Below, piece after piece: positions 30,001-44,100 of a stretch of 64,000 nucleotides of DNA; the stretch's first letter is position 1, and every line of letters begins with the position of its first letter. The translations under genes were made by a program, and so were the position numbers. The notes under the pieces were generated by a model that worked only from the letters and a program-made list of their open reading frames with translations, was not told the DNA's origin and ran no database searches. Where the stretch lies: the NCBI GenBank assembly GCA_964016885.1, contig OZ024744.1, positions 77,810,001-77,874,000 on the forward strand. The letters run 5' to 3'. The DNA comes from Eledone cirrhosa (Eukaryota).

Positions 30001-33000
30001 TGTAGTGAGATATAGTCTGTAGTGAGATATATTCTGTGGTAGGATATAGTCTGTAGTGAGATAGCGTCTGTGGTGAGATATAGTCTGTGGTGAGATATAG
30101 GCTGTGGTGAGATATAGTCTGTCGTGAGATACATTCTATGGTGACATATAGTCTGTGCTGAGATATAATCTGGGGTGTTATATAGTCTAGGGTCAGATAT
30201 AGTCTGGGGTGAGATATAGTCTGTGGTGAGATATAGTCTGTGGTGAGATATAGTCTGGGGTGAGATATAGTCTGTGGTGAGATATAGTGTGGGGTGAGAT
30301 AGAGTCTGTAGTCAAATATAGTCTGGGGTGAGATATAGTCTGTGGTGAGATATAGTCTGTGGTGAGATATAGTCTGGGCTGCGCTATATTCTGTCGTGAG
30401 ATATAGTGTGGGGTGAGATATAGTCTGTAGCCAGATATAGTCTGGGGTGGGATATAGTCTATCGTGAGATATAGTCTGTAGGGGGATATAGTCTATGGTG
30501 AGATATAGTCTGTAGTCAAATATAGTCTGGGTGAGATATAGTCTGGGGTGAGATATAGTCTGTAGTGAGATATAGTCTGTGGTGAGATATAGTGTGGGGT
30601 GAGATATAGTCTGTACTCAGATATAGTCTGGGGTGAGATATAGTCTGGACTGAGATATAGGCTATAGTGAGATATAGTCTGGGGTGAGGTAATGTCTGGG
30701 GTGAGATATAGTCTGTCGTGAGATATAGTCTGTGGTGAGATATAGTCTGTAATGAGATATAGTTTGTGGTGAGATATAGTCTGTGGTAAGATATAGTCTG
30801 TGGTGAGATATAGTCTGTGGTGAGATATAGTCTGTAGTGAGATATAGTCTGTGGTGAGATATAGTTTGTGGTGAGATATAGTCTGGGGTGAGATATAGTC
30901 TGTGGTGAGATATAGTGTGGGGTGAGATATAGTCTGTCGTCAGATATAGTCTGGGGTGTGATATAGTCTGGTCTGAGATATAGTCTGTAGTGAGATATAG
31001 TCTGGGGTGAGATATAGTCTGGGGTGAGATATAGTCTGGGGTGAGATATAGTCTGTGGTAAGATATAGTCTATGGTGAGATATAGTCTATGGTGTGATAT
31101 AGGCTGGAGTGAGATATAGTATGTGGTTAGATATAGTCTGGGGTGAGATGTAGTCTGTGGTGAAATATAGTCTATGGTGAGATATAGTCTGTAGTGAGAT
31201 ATAGTCTGTGGTGAGATATAGTCTGTGGTGAGATATAGTCTGTGGTAGGATATAGTCTATGGTGAGATATAGTCTGTTGTAAGATATAGTCTGTGATGAG
31301 ATATAGTCTGTTGTGAGATATAGTCTGGGGTGAGATATAGTCTGGGGTGAGGTATAGTCTGTGGTAAGATATAGCCTGTGGTGAAATATAGTCTATGGTG
31401 AGATATAGTCTGGTGTGAGATATAGACTGTAGTGAGATATAGGCTGTGGTGAGATATAATCTGTGGTGAGATATAGTCTGTGGTGAGATATAGTCTGTGG
31501 TGAGATATAGTCTGTGGTGAGATATAGTCTGTAGTGAGATATAGTCTGTAGTGAGATATAGTCTGGGGTGAGATATAGTCTGTGGTGAGATATAGTCTGT
31601 GGTGAGATATAGTCTGGGGTGAGATATACTCTCAGGTGAGATATAGTCTGATGTGAGATAAAGTCTGGCGTGAGATATAGTCTGTGCTGAGATATAGTCT
31701 GTTGTGAGAGATAGTCTGTGGTGAGATATAGTGTGGGGTGAGATAGAGTCTGTAGTCAGATATAGTCTGGGGTGAGATATAGGGTGTGGTGAGATATAGT
31801 CTGTAGTGAGATATAGTCTGTGGTGAGATATAGTCTGTGGTGAGATATAGTCTGGGGTGAGATATAGTCTGTCGTGAGATATAGTGTGGGGTGAGATAGA
31901 GTCTGTAGTCAGATATAGACTGGGGTGAGATATAGTCTGTGGTCAGATATAGTCTGTGGTAAGATATAGTCTGTGGTGAGATATAGTCTGGGGTTAGATA
32001 TAGTTTGTGGTGAGATATAGTGTGGGGTGAGATATAGTCTGTGGTCAGATATAGTCTGGGGTGAGATATAGTCTATGGTGAGATATAGTCTGTAGTGAGA
32101 TATAGTCTGTGGTAAGATATAGTCTGTAGTCAAATATAGTCTGGGGTGAGATATAGTCTGGGGTGAGATATAGTCTGTGGTGAGATATAGTGTGGGGTGA
32201 GATATAGTCTGTAGTCAGATATAATCTGGGGTGGGATATAGTCTATCATGAGATATAGTCTGTAGGGAGATATAGTCTGTGGTGAGATATAGTCTGTAGT
32301 CAAATATAGTCTGGGGTGAGATATAGTCTGGTTTGAGATATAGTCTGTAGTGAGATATAGTCTGTGGTGAGATATAGTGTGGGGTGAGATATACTCTGTA
32401 CTCAGATATAGTCTGGGGTGAGATATAGTCTGGACTGAGATGTAGGCTATAGTGAGATATAGTCTGGGGTGAGATATTGTCTGGGGTCAGATATAGTCTG
32501 GGGTGAGATATAGTCTGTGGTGAGATATAGTCTATGGTGAGATATAGTCTGTAGTGTGATATAGTCTGTGGTGAGATATAGTCTGTGGTGAGATATAGTC
32601 TGGGTTGAGATATAGTCTGTAATGAGATATAGTCTCTGGTGAGATATAGTCTGTGGTCAGATATAGTCTGTGGTGAGATATAGTCTGTGGTGAGATATAG
32701 TCTCTAGTGAGATATAGTCTGTGGTGAGATATAGTCTGTGGTGAGATATAATATGGGGTGAGGTATAGTCTGTGGTGAGATATAGTGTGCGGTGAGATAT
32801 AGTCTGTAGTCAGATATAGTCTGGGGTGAGATATAGTCTGGTCTGAGATATAGACTGTAGTGAGATATAGTCTGGGGTGAGATATAGTCTGGGGTGAGAT
32901 ATAGTCTGGGGTGAGATATAGTCTGTGGTAAGATATAGTCTATGGTGAGATATAGTCTATGGTGTGATATAGGCTGGAGTGAGATATAGTCTGTGGTTAG

Positions 33001-35129
33001 ATATAGTCTGGGGTGAGATATAGTCTGTTGTGAAATATAGTCTGTGGTGAGATATAGTCTGTGGTGAGATATAGTCTGTTGTAGGATATAGTCTATGGTG
33101 AGATATAGTCTATCGTAAGATATAGTCTGTGGTGAGATATAGTCTGTTGTGAGATATAGTGTGTGGTGAGATATAGTCTGGGGTTAGATACAGTCTGTGG
33201 TGAGATATAGTCTGTTGTGAGATATAGCCTGTGGTAAGATATAGTCTATGGTGAGATATAGTCTGGTGTGAGATATAGTCTGTAGTGAGATATAGGCTGT
33301 GGTGAGATATAATCTGTGGTGAGATATAGTCTGTGGTGAGATATAGTCTGTGGTGAGATATAGTCTGTGGTGAGATATAGTCTGTGGTGAGATATATTCT
33401 GTGGTGAGATATAGTCTGGGGTGAGATATACTCTCAGGTGAGATATAGTCTGATGTGAGCTATAGTCTGGGATGAGATATAGTCTGTGGTGAGATATAGT
33501 CTGTTGTGAGAGATAGTCTGTGGTGAGATATAGTCTGTGGTTAGATATAGTCTTTGGTGAGATATAGTCTGTCGTGAGATATAGTCTGTGGTGAGATATA
33601 GTCTGTGGTGAGATATAATCTGTGGTGAGATATAGTCTGTAGTGAGATATAGTCTGTAGTGAGATATAGTCTGGGGTGAGATATAGTCTGGGGTGAGATA
33701 TAGTCTGTGGTGAGATATAGTCTATGGTGTGATATAGTCTGTGGTTATATATAGTCTGGGGTGAGATATAGTCTGTGGTGAGATATAGTGTGGGGTGAGA
33801 TAGAGTCTGTAGTCAGATATAGTCTGGGTTGAGATATAGTGTGTGGTGTGATATAGTCTGTAGTGAGATATAGTCTTTGGTGAGATATAGTCTGTGGTGA
33901 GATATAGTCTGGGGTGAGATATAGTCTGTCGTGAGATATAGTGTGGGGTGAGATATAGTCTGTAGTCAGATATAGTCTGGGGTGGGATACAGTCTATCGT
34001 GAGATATAGTCTGTAGGGAGATATAGTCTGTGGTGAGATATAGTCTGTACTCAGATATAGTCTGGGGTGAGATATAGTCTGGACTGAGATATAGGCTATA
34101 GTGAGATATAGTCTGGGGTGAGATATTGTCTGGGGTGAGATATAGTCTGTGGTGAGATATAGTCTGTGGTGAGATATAGTCTGGGGTGAGATATAGTCTG
34201 TAATGAGATATAGTCTGTGGTGAGATATAGTCTGTGCAAAGATATAGTCTGTGGTGAGATATAGTCTGTGGTGAGATATAGTCTGGGGTGAGATATAGTC
34301 TGTAATGAGATATAGTCTGTGGTGAGATATAGTCTGTGCTAAGATATATTCTGTAGTGAGATATAGTCTGGGGTGAGATATAGTTTCTGGTGAGATATAG
34401 TCTGTGATGAGATATAGTCTGAGGTGAGATATAGTCTGTAGTGAGATATAGTCTGTGGTGAGATATAGTCTGGGGTGAGATATAGTCTGTGGTGAGATAT
34501 AGTGTAGGGTGAGATATAGTCTGTAGTCAGATATAGTCTGTGGTGAGATATAGTCTGTCGTAGGATATAGTCTATGGTGAGATATAGTCTATTGTAAGAT
34601 ATAGTCTGTGGTGAGATATAGTCTGTTGTGAGATATAGTGTGTGGTCAGATATAGTCTGGTGTGAGATATAGTCTGGGGTGAGATATAGTCTGTAATGAG
34701 ATATAGTCTGTGGTGAGATATAGTGTGTGATGAGATATAGTCTGTAGTGAGATATAGTCTGGGGTGAGATATAATCTGTGGTGTGATATGGTCTATGGTC
34801 AGATATAGTCTGTGGTGAGATATAGGCTGTAGTGAGATATAGTCTGTAGTGAGATATAGTCTATGGTGAGATATAGTCTGTAGTGAGATATAGATTGGGC
34901 CAGATATAGTCTGTGGTGATATATAGTCTGTGGTGAGATATAGTCCGGGGTGAGATATAGTCTGGGGTGAGATATACTCTCAGGTGAGTTATACTCTGAC
35001 GTGAGATATAGTCTGGGGTGAGATATAGTCTGTGGTGAGATATAGTCTGTTGTGAGATATAGTCTGTGGTGAGATATATTCTGTGGTGAGATATAGTCTG
35101 TGGTGAGATATAGTCTGTTGTGAGATATA

Positions 35130-38100
35130 GTCTGTGGTGAGATATAGTCTGTGGTGAGATATAGTCTGTGGTGAGATATAGTCTGTGGTGAGATATAAAC
35201 TGTGGTGAGATATAGTCTGTAGTGAGTTATAGTCTGTAGTGAGATATAGTCTGGGGTGAGATATAGTCTGGGGTTTGATATAGTATGTGGTGAGATATAG
35301 TCTGGGCTTAGATATAGTCTGTGGTGAGATATAGTCTATGGTGAGATATAGTCTATGGTGATATATAGTCTGGGGTGAGATATAGTCTGTGGTGAGATAT
35401 AGTCTGGGGTGAGATAGAGTCTGTAGTCAGATATGGTCTGGGGTGAGATATAGTGTGTGGTGAGATATAGTCTGTAGTGAGATATAGTCTGTGGTGAGAT
35501 ATAGTCTGGAGTGAGATATAGTCTGTGGTGAGATATAGTGTGGGGTGAGAGATAGTCTGTAGTCATATATAGTCTGGTGTGGGATATAGTCTATGGTGAG
35601 ATATAGTCTGTAGTGAGATATAGTCTGGGGTGAGATATAGTCTGTGGTGAGATATAGTCTGTGGTGAGAAATAGTCTGTAGTCAGATATAGTTTGAGGTG
35701 AGATATTTTCTGTGGTGAGATATAGTCTGTGGTAGGATATAGTCTATGGTGAGATATAGTCTGTTGTAAGATATAGTCTGTGGTTAGATATAGTCTGTTG
35801 TGAGATATAGTATGTGGTCAGATATAGTCTGGTGTGAGATATAGTCTGGGTTGAGATATAGTCTGTAATGAGATATAGTCTGTGGTGAGATATAGTCTGT
35901 AGTCAAATATAGTCTGGGGTGAGATATAGTCTGGGGTGAGATATAGTCTGTAGTGAGATATAGTCTGTGGTGAGATATAGTGTGGGGTGAGATATAGTCT
36001 GTAGTCACATATAGTCTGGGGTAAGATATAGTCTGGACTGAGATATAGTCTATAGTGAGATATAGTCTGCGGTGAGATAATGTCTGTGGTGTGATATAGT
36101 CTGGGGTGAGATATAGTCTGTGATGAGGTATAATCTATGGTGAGATATAGTCTGTAGTGTAATATAGTATGTGGTGAGATATAGTCTGTGGTGAGATATA
36201 GTCTGGGGTGAGATATAGTCTGTAATGAGATATAGTCTGTGGTGAGATATAGTCTGTGGTAAGATATAGTCTGTGGAGAGATATAGTCTGTGGTGACATA
36301 TATTCTGTAGTGAGATATAGTCTGGGGTGAGATATAGTCTGGGGTGAGATATAGTCTCTGGTGAGATATAGTCTGTGATGAGATATAGTCTGTCGTAAGA
36401 TATAGTCTGTGGAGAGATATAGTCTGTGGTGAGATATATTCTGTAGTGAGATATAGTCTGGGGTGAGATATAGTCTGGAGTGAGATATAGTCTCTGGTGA
36501 GATATAGTCTGTGGTGAGATATAGTCTGTGATAAGTTATAGTCTGTGGAGAGATATAGTCTGTGGTGAGATATAGTCTGTAGTGAGATATAGTCTGTAGT
36601 GAGATATAGTCTGGGGTGAGATATAGTCTCTGGTGAGATATAGTCTGTGATGAGATATAGTCTGTGGTGAGATATAGTCTGTAGTGAGATATAGTATGTG
36701 GTGAGATATAGTCTGTGGTGAGATATAGTCTGTGGTGATATATATTCTGGGGTGAGATATAGTCTGTAGTGAGATATAGTCTGTAGTGAGATATAGTCTG
36801 GGGTGAGTTATAGTCTGTAGTGAGATATATTCTGTAGTGAGATATAGTCTATGGTGAGATATAGTCTGTTGTGAGATATAGTCTGTGGTGAGATATAGTC
36901 TGTGGTGAGATAGAGTCTGGAGTGAGATATACGCGATGGTGAGATATAGTCTGTGGTGAGATATAGTCTGTTGTGAGATATAGTCTGTGGTGAGATACAG
37001 TCTGGAGTGAGATATACGCGATGGTGAGATATAGTCTGTGGTGAGATATAGTCTGGGGTGAGATATAGTCTGTAGTGAGATATAGTCTGTAGTGAGATAT
37101 ATTCTGTGGTAGGATATAGTCTGTGGTGAGATAGCGTCTGTGGTGAGATATAGTCTGTGGTGAGTTATAGGCTGTGGTGAGATATAGGCTGTGGTGAGAT
37201 ATAGTCTATGGTGATATATGGTCTGTGGTGAGATATAGTCTGTGGTGAGATATAGTCTGTGGTGAGATATAGTCTGTGGTGAGATATAGGCTGTGGTGAG
37301 ATATAGGCTGTGGTGAGATATAGTCTATGGTGTGTTATAGTCTATGGTGAGATATAGTCTGTCGTGAGATACATTCTATGGTGACATATAGTCTGTGCTG
37401 AGATATAATCTGGGGTGTTATATAGTCTAGGGTCAGATATAGTCTGGGGTGAGATATAGTCTGTGGTGAGATATAGTCTGTGGTGAGATATAGTCTGTGG
37501 TGAGATATAGTCTGGGGTGAGATATAGTCTGTGGTGAGATATAGTGTGGGGTGAGATAGAGTCTGTAGTCAGATATAGTCTGGGGTGAGATATAGTCTGT
37601 GGTGAGATATAGTCTGTGGTGAGATATAGTCTGGGGTGAGATATAGTCTGTGGTGAGATATAGTGCGGGGTGAGATATAGTCTGTAGTCAGATATAGTCT
37701 GGGGTGAGATATAGTCTGGACTGAGATATAGTCTATAGTGAGATATAGTCTGGGGTGAGATATTGTCTGGGGTGAGATATAGTCTGGAGTGACATATAGT
37801 CTGTGTTGAGATATAGTCTATGGTGAGATATAGTCTGTAGTGTGATATAATCTGTGGTGAGATATAGTCTGTGGTGAGATATAGTCTGGGGTGAGATATA
37901 GTCTGTAATGAGGTATAGTCTGTGGTGAGATATAGTCTGTGGTAAGTTATAGTCTGTGGTGAGATATAGTCTGTGGTGAGAGATATTCTGTAGTGAGATA
38001 TAGTCTGTAGTGAGATATAGTCTGTTGTGAGATATAGTCCGGGGTGAGATATAGTCTGTAGTGAGATATAGTCTGTGGTGAGATATAGTCTGGGGTTTGA

Positions 38101-41100
38101 TATAGTTTGTGGTGAGATATAGTCTGGGGTGAGATATAGTCTGTAGTGCGATATAGTCTATGGTGAGATATAGTCCGTGGTGAGATATAGTCTGGAGTGA
38201 GATATACTCTATGGTGAGATATAGTCTGGGGTGAGATATAGTCTGTGGTGAGATATAGTCTGGGGTGAGATATAGTCTCTCGTGAGATATAGTCTGTATT
38301 GAGATATAGTCTGTGGTAGGATATAGTCTGTAGTGAGATAGCGTCTGTGGTGAGATATAGGCTGTGGTGAGATATAGGCTGTGGTGAGATATAGTCTATG
38401 GTGAGTTAAAGTCTATGGTGAGATATAGTCTGTTGTGAGATACATTCTATGGTGACATATAGTCTGTGCTGAGATATAATCTGTGGTGATATATAGTCTG
38501 GGGTCAGATATAGTCTGGGGTGAGATATAGTGTGGGGTGAGATATAGTCTGTGGTGAGATATAGTCTATGGTGAGATATAGTCTGTGGTGAGATATAGTC
38601 TGTAGTGAGATATAGTCTGTGGTGAGATATAGTCTGTGGTGAGATATAGTCTGTAGTCAGATATAGTCTGGGGTGAGATATAGTCTGTGGTGAGATATAG
38701 TCTGTGGTGAGATATAGTCTGTGGTGAGATATAGTCTGGGGTGAGATATAGTCTATGGTGAGATATAGTGTGGGGTGAGATATAGTCTGTAGTCAGATAT
38801 AGTCTGGGGTGAGATATAGTGTGGGGTGAGATATAGTCTGTAGTCAGATATAGTCTGGGGTGAGATATAGTCTATGGTGAGATATAGTCTGTAGTGAGAT
38901 ATAGTCTGTGGTGAGATATAGTCTGTAGACAAATATAGTCTGGGGTGAGATATAGGCTGGGGTGAGATATAGTCTGTGGTGAGATATAGTGTGGGGTGAG
39001 ATATAGTCTGTGGTGAGATATAATCTGTGGTGAGATATAGTCTGTAGTGAGATATAGTCTGGGCTGAGATATAGTCTGGGGTGAGATATAGTGTGGGGTT
39101 TGATATAGTCTGTGGTGAGATATAGTCTGGGCTGAGATATAGTCTGTGGTGAGATATAGTCTATGGTGAGATATAGTCTGTGGTGATATATAGTCTGGGG
39201 TGAGATATAGTCTGTGGTGAGATATAGTGTGGGGTGAGATAGAGTCTGTAGTCAGATATGGTCTGTGGTGAGATATAGTCTGTGGTGAGATATAGTCTGG
39301 AGTGAGATATAGTCTGTGGTGAGATATAGTGTGGGGTGAGATATAGTCTGTAGTCAGATATAGTCTGGGGTGGGATATAGTCTATGGTGAGATATAGTCT
39401 GTAGGGAGATATAGTCTGTGGTGAGATATAGTCTGTAGTCAAATATAGTCTGGGGTGATATATAGTCTGGGGTGAGATATAGTCTGTAGTGAGATATAGT
39501 CTGTGGTGAGATATAGTGTGTGGTGAGATATAGTCTGTAGTCACATATAGTCTGGGGTGAGATATAGTCTGGACTGAGATATAGTCTATAGTGAGATATA
39601 GTCTGCGGTGAGATATTGTCTGTGGTGTGATATAGTCTGGGGTGAGATATAGTCTGTAGTGTGATATAGTCTGTGGTGAAATATAGTCTGTGGTGAGATA
39701 TAGTCTGGGGTGAGATATAGTCTGTAATGAGATATAGTCTGTGGTGAGATATAGTCTGTGGTAAGATATAGTCTGTGGAGAGATATAGTCTGTGGTGAAA
39801 TATATTCTGTAGTGAGATATAGTCTCGGGTGAGATATAGTCTCTGGTGAGATATAGTCTGTGATGAGATATAGTCTGCGGTGAGATATAGTCTGTAGTGA
39901 GATGTAGTATGTGGTGAGATATAGTCTGGGGTGAGATATAGTCTGTGGTGAGATATAGTCTGGGGTGAGATATAGTCTGGGGTTTGATATAGTTTGTGGT
40001 GAGATATAGTCTGGGGTGAGATATAGTCTGTAGTGAGATATAGTCTATGGTGAGATATAGTCAGTGGTGAGATATAGTGTGGAATGAGATATACTCTATG
40101 GTGAGATATAGTCTGGGGTGAGATATAGTCTGTGGTGAGATATAGTCTGGGGTGAGATATAGTCTGTAGTGAGATATAGTCTGTAGTGAGATATAGTCTG
40201 TGGTAGGATATAGTCTGGGGTGAGATATAGTCTGTAGTGAGATATAGTCTGTAGTGAGATATAGTCTATGGTGAGATATAGTCTGTTGTGAGATATAGTC
40301 TGTGGTGAGATACAGTCTGGAGTGAGATATACGCGATGGTGAGATATAGTCTGTGGTGAGATATAGTCTGGGGTGAGATATAGTCTGTAGTGAGATATAG
40401 TCTGTAGTGAGATATATTCTGTGGTAGGATATAGTCTGTGGTGAGATAGCGTCTGTGGTGAGATATAGTCTGTGGTGAGATATAGGCTGTGGTGAGATAT
40501 AGGCTGTGGTGAGATATAGTCTATGGTGAGATATGGTCTGTGGTGAGATATAGTCTGTGGTGAGATATAGTCTGTGGTGAGATATAGTCTGTGGTGAGAT
40601 ATAGGCTGTGGTGAGATATAGGCTGTGGTGAGATATAGTCTATGGTGTGTTATAGTCTATGGTGAGATATAGTCTGTCGTGAGATACATTCTATGGTGAC
40701 ATATAGTCTGTGCTGAGATATAATCTGGGGTGAGATATAGTCTGTAGTGAGATATAGTCTGTAGTGAGATATAGTCTGGACTGAGATATAGTCTGTAGTG
40801 AGATATAGTCTGTAGTGAGATATATTCTGTGGTAGGATATAGTCTGTGGTGAGATAGCGTCTGTGGTGAGATATAGTCTGTGGTGAGATATAGTCTGTGG
40901 TGAGATATAGTCTGTGGTGAGATATAAACTGTGGTGAGATATAGTCTGTAGTGAGTTATAGTCTGTAGTGAGATATAGTCTGGGGTGAGATATAGTCTGG
41001 GGTTTGATATAGTATGTGGTGAGATATAGTCTGGGCTTAGATATAGTCTGTGGTGAGATATAGTCTATGGTGAGATATAGTCTATGGTGATATATAGTCT

Positions 41101-44100
41101 GGGGTGAGATATAGTCTGTGGTGAGATATAGTCTGGGGTGAGATAGAGTCTGTAGTCAGATATGGTCTGGGGTGAGATATAGTGTGTGGTGAGATATAGT
41201 CTGTAGTGAGATATAGTCTGTGGTGAGATATAGTCTGGAGTGAGATATAGTCTGTGGTGAGATATAGTGTGGGGTGAGAGATAGTCTGTAGTCATATATA
41301 GTCTGGTGTGGGATATAGTCTATGGTGAGATATAGTCTGTAGTGAGATATAGTCTGGGGTGAGATATAGTCTGTGGTGAGATATAGTCTGTGGTGAGAAA
41401 TAGTCTGTAGTCAGATATAGTTTGAGGTGAGATATTTTCTGTGGTGAGATATAGTCTGTGGTAGGATATAGTCTATGGTGAGATATAGTCTGTTGTAAGA
41501 TATAGTCTGTGGTTAGATATAGTCTGTTGTGAGATATAGTATGTGGTCAGATATAGTCTGGTGTGAGATATAGTCTGGGTTGAGATATAGTCTGTAATGA
41601 GATATAGTCTGTGGTGAGATATAGTCTGTAGTCAAATATAGTCTGGGGTGAGATATAGTCTGGGGTGAGATATAGTCTGTAGTGAGATATAGTCTGTGGT
41701 GAGATATAGTGTGGGGTGAGATATAGTCTGTAGTCACATATAGTCTGGGGTAAGATATAGTCTGGACTGAGATATAGTCTATAGTGAGATATAGTCTGCG
41801 GTGAGATAATGTCTGTGGTGTGATATAGTCTGGGGTGAGATATAGTCTGTGATGAGGTATAATCTATGGTGAGATATAGTCTGTAGTGTAATATAGTATG
41901 TGGTGAGATATAGTCTGTGGTGAGATATAGTCTGGGGTGAGATATAGTCTGTAATGAGATATAGTCTGTGGTGAGATATAGTCTGTGGTAAGATATAGTC
42001 TGTGGAGAGATATAGTCTGTGGTGACATATATTCTGTAGTGAGATATAGTCTGGGGTGAGATATAGTCTGGGGTGAGATATAGTCTCTGGTGAGATATAG
42101 TCTGTGATGAGATATAGTCTGTCGTAAGATATAGTCTGTGGAGAGATATAGTCTGTGGTGAGATATATTCTGTAGTGAGATATAGTCTGGGGTGAGATAT
42201 AGTCTGGAGTGAGATATAGTCTCTGGTGAGATATAGTCTGTGGTGAGATATAGTCTGTGATAAGTTATAGTCTGTGGAGAGATATAGTCTGTGGTGAGAT
42301 ATAGTCTGTAGTGAGATATAGTCTGTAGTGAGATATAGTCTGGGGTGAGATATAGTCTCTGGTGAGATATAGTCTGTGATGAGATATAGTCTGTGGTGAG
42401 ATATAGTCTGTAGTGAGATATAGTATGTGGTGAGATATAGTCTGTGGTGAGATATAGTCTGTGGTGATATATATTCTGGGGTGAGATATAGTCTGTAGTG
42501 AGATATAGTCTGTAGTGAGATATAGTCTGGGGTGAGTTATAGTCTGTAGTGAGATATATTCTGTAGTGAGATATAGTCTATGGTGAGATATAGTCTGTTG
42601 TGAGATATAGTCTGTGGTGAGATATAGTCTGTGGTGAGATAGAGTCTGGAGTGAGATATACGCGATGGTGAGATATAGTCTGTGGTGAGATATAGTCTGT
42701 TGTGAGATATAGTCTGTGGTGAGATACAGTCTGGAGTGAGATATACGCGATGGTGAGATATAGTCTGTGGTGAGATATAGTCTGGGGTGAGATATAGTCT
42801 GTAGTGAGATATAGTCTGTAGTGAGATATATTCTGTGGTAGGATATAGTCTGTGGTGAGATAGCGTCTGTGGTGAGATATAGTCTGTGGTGAGTTATAGG
42901 CTGTGGTGAGATATAGGCTGTGGTGAGATATAGTCTATGGTGATATATGGTCTGTGGTGAGATATAGTCTGTGGTGAGATATAGTCTGTGGTGAGATATA
43001 GTCTGTGGTGAGATATAGGCTGTGGTGAGATATAGGCTGTGGTGAGATATAGTCTATGGTGTGTTATAGTCTATGGTGAGATATAGTCTGTCGTGAGATA
43101 CATTCTATGGTGACATATAGTCTGTGCTGAGATATAATCTGGGGTGTTATATAGTCTAGGGTCAGATATAGTCTGGGGTGAGATATAGTCTGTGGTGAGA
43201 TATAGTCTGTGGTGAGATATAGTCTGTGGTGAGATATAGTCTGGGGTGAGATATAGTCTGTGGTGAGATATAGTGTGGGGTGAGATAGAGTCTGTAGTCA
43301 GATATAGTCTGGGGTGAGATATAGTCTGTGGTGAGATATAGTCTGTGGTGAGATATAGTCTGGGGTGAGATATAGTCTGTGGTGAGATATAGTGCGGGGT
43401 GAGATATAGTCTGTAGTCAGATATAGTCTGGGGTGAGATATAGTCTGGACTGAGATATAGTCTATAGTGAGATATAGTCTGGGGTGAGATATTGTCTGGG
43501 GTGAGATATAGTCTGGAGTGACATATAGTCTGTGTTGAGATATAGTCTATGGTGAGATATAGTCTGTAGTGTGATATAATCTGTGGTGAGATATAGTCTG
43601 TGGTGAGATATAGTCTGGGGTGAGATATAGTCTGTAATGAGGTATAGTCTGTGGTGAGATATAGTCTGTGGTAAGTTATAGTCTGTGGTGAGATATAGTC
43701 TGTGGTGAGAGATATTCTGTAGTGAGATATAGTCTGTAGTGAGATATAGTCTGTTGTGAGATATAGTCCGGGGTGAGATATAGTCTGTAGTGAGATATAG
43801 TCTGTGGTGAGATATAGTCTGGGGTTTGATATAGTTTGTGGTGAGATATAGTCTGGGGTGAGATATAGTCTGTAGTGCGATATAGTCTATGGTGAGATAT
43901 AGTCCGTGGTGAGATATAGTCTGGAGTGAGATATACTCTATGGTGAGATATAGTCTGGGGTGAGATATAGTCTGTGGTGAGATATAGTCTGGGGTGAGAT
44001 ATAGTCTCTCGTGAGATATAGTCTGTATTGAGATATAGTCTGTGGTAGGATATAGTCTGTAGTGAGATAGCGTCTGTGGTGAGATATAGGCTGTGGTGAG

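Larger units (their letters stand above)
3715..34860. repeat. 10,555-bp (621-monomer) tandem duplication: copy 1 at ~3715-24300 (expanded by two internal duplications), copy 2 at ~24300-34860
   Basis: Rare variants match at fixed offsets: ctgtagagag 3979/24561 (+20582), ORF ends 9552/30134 (+20582), ORFs 21354/31909 (+10555) and gtgtgatatggtctatggtc 24226/34781 (+10555). 20582 = 10555 + 4588 + 5439. Confidence 0.88.
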
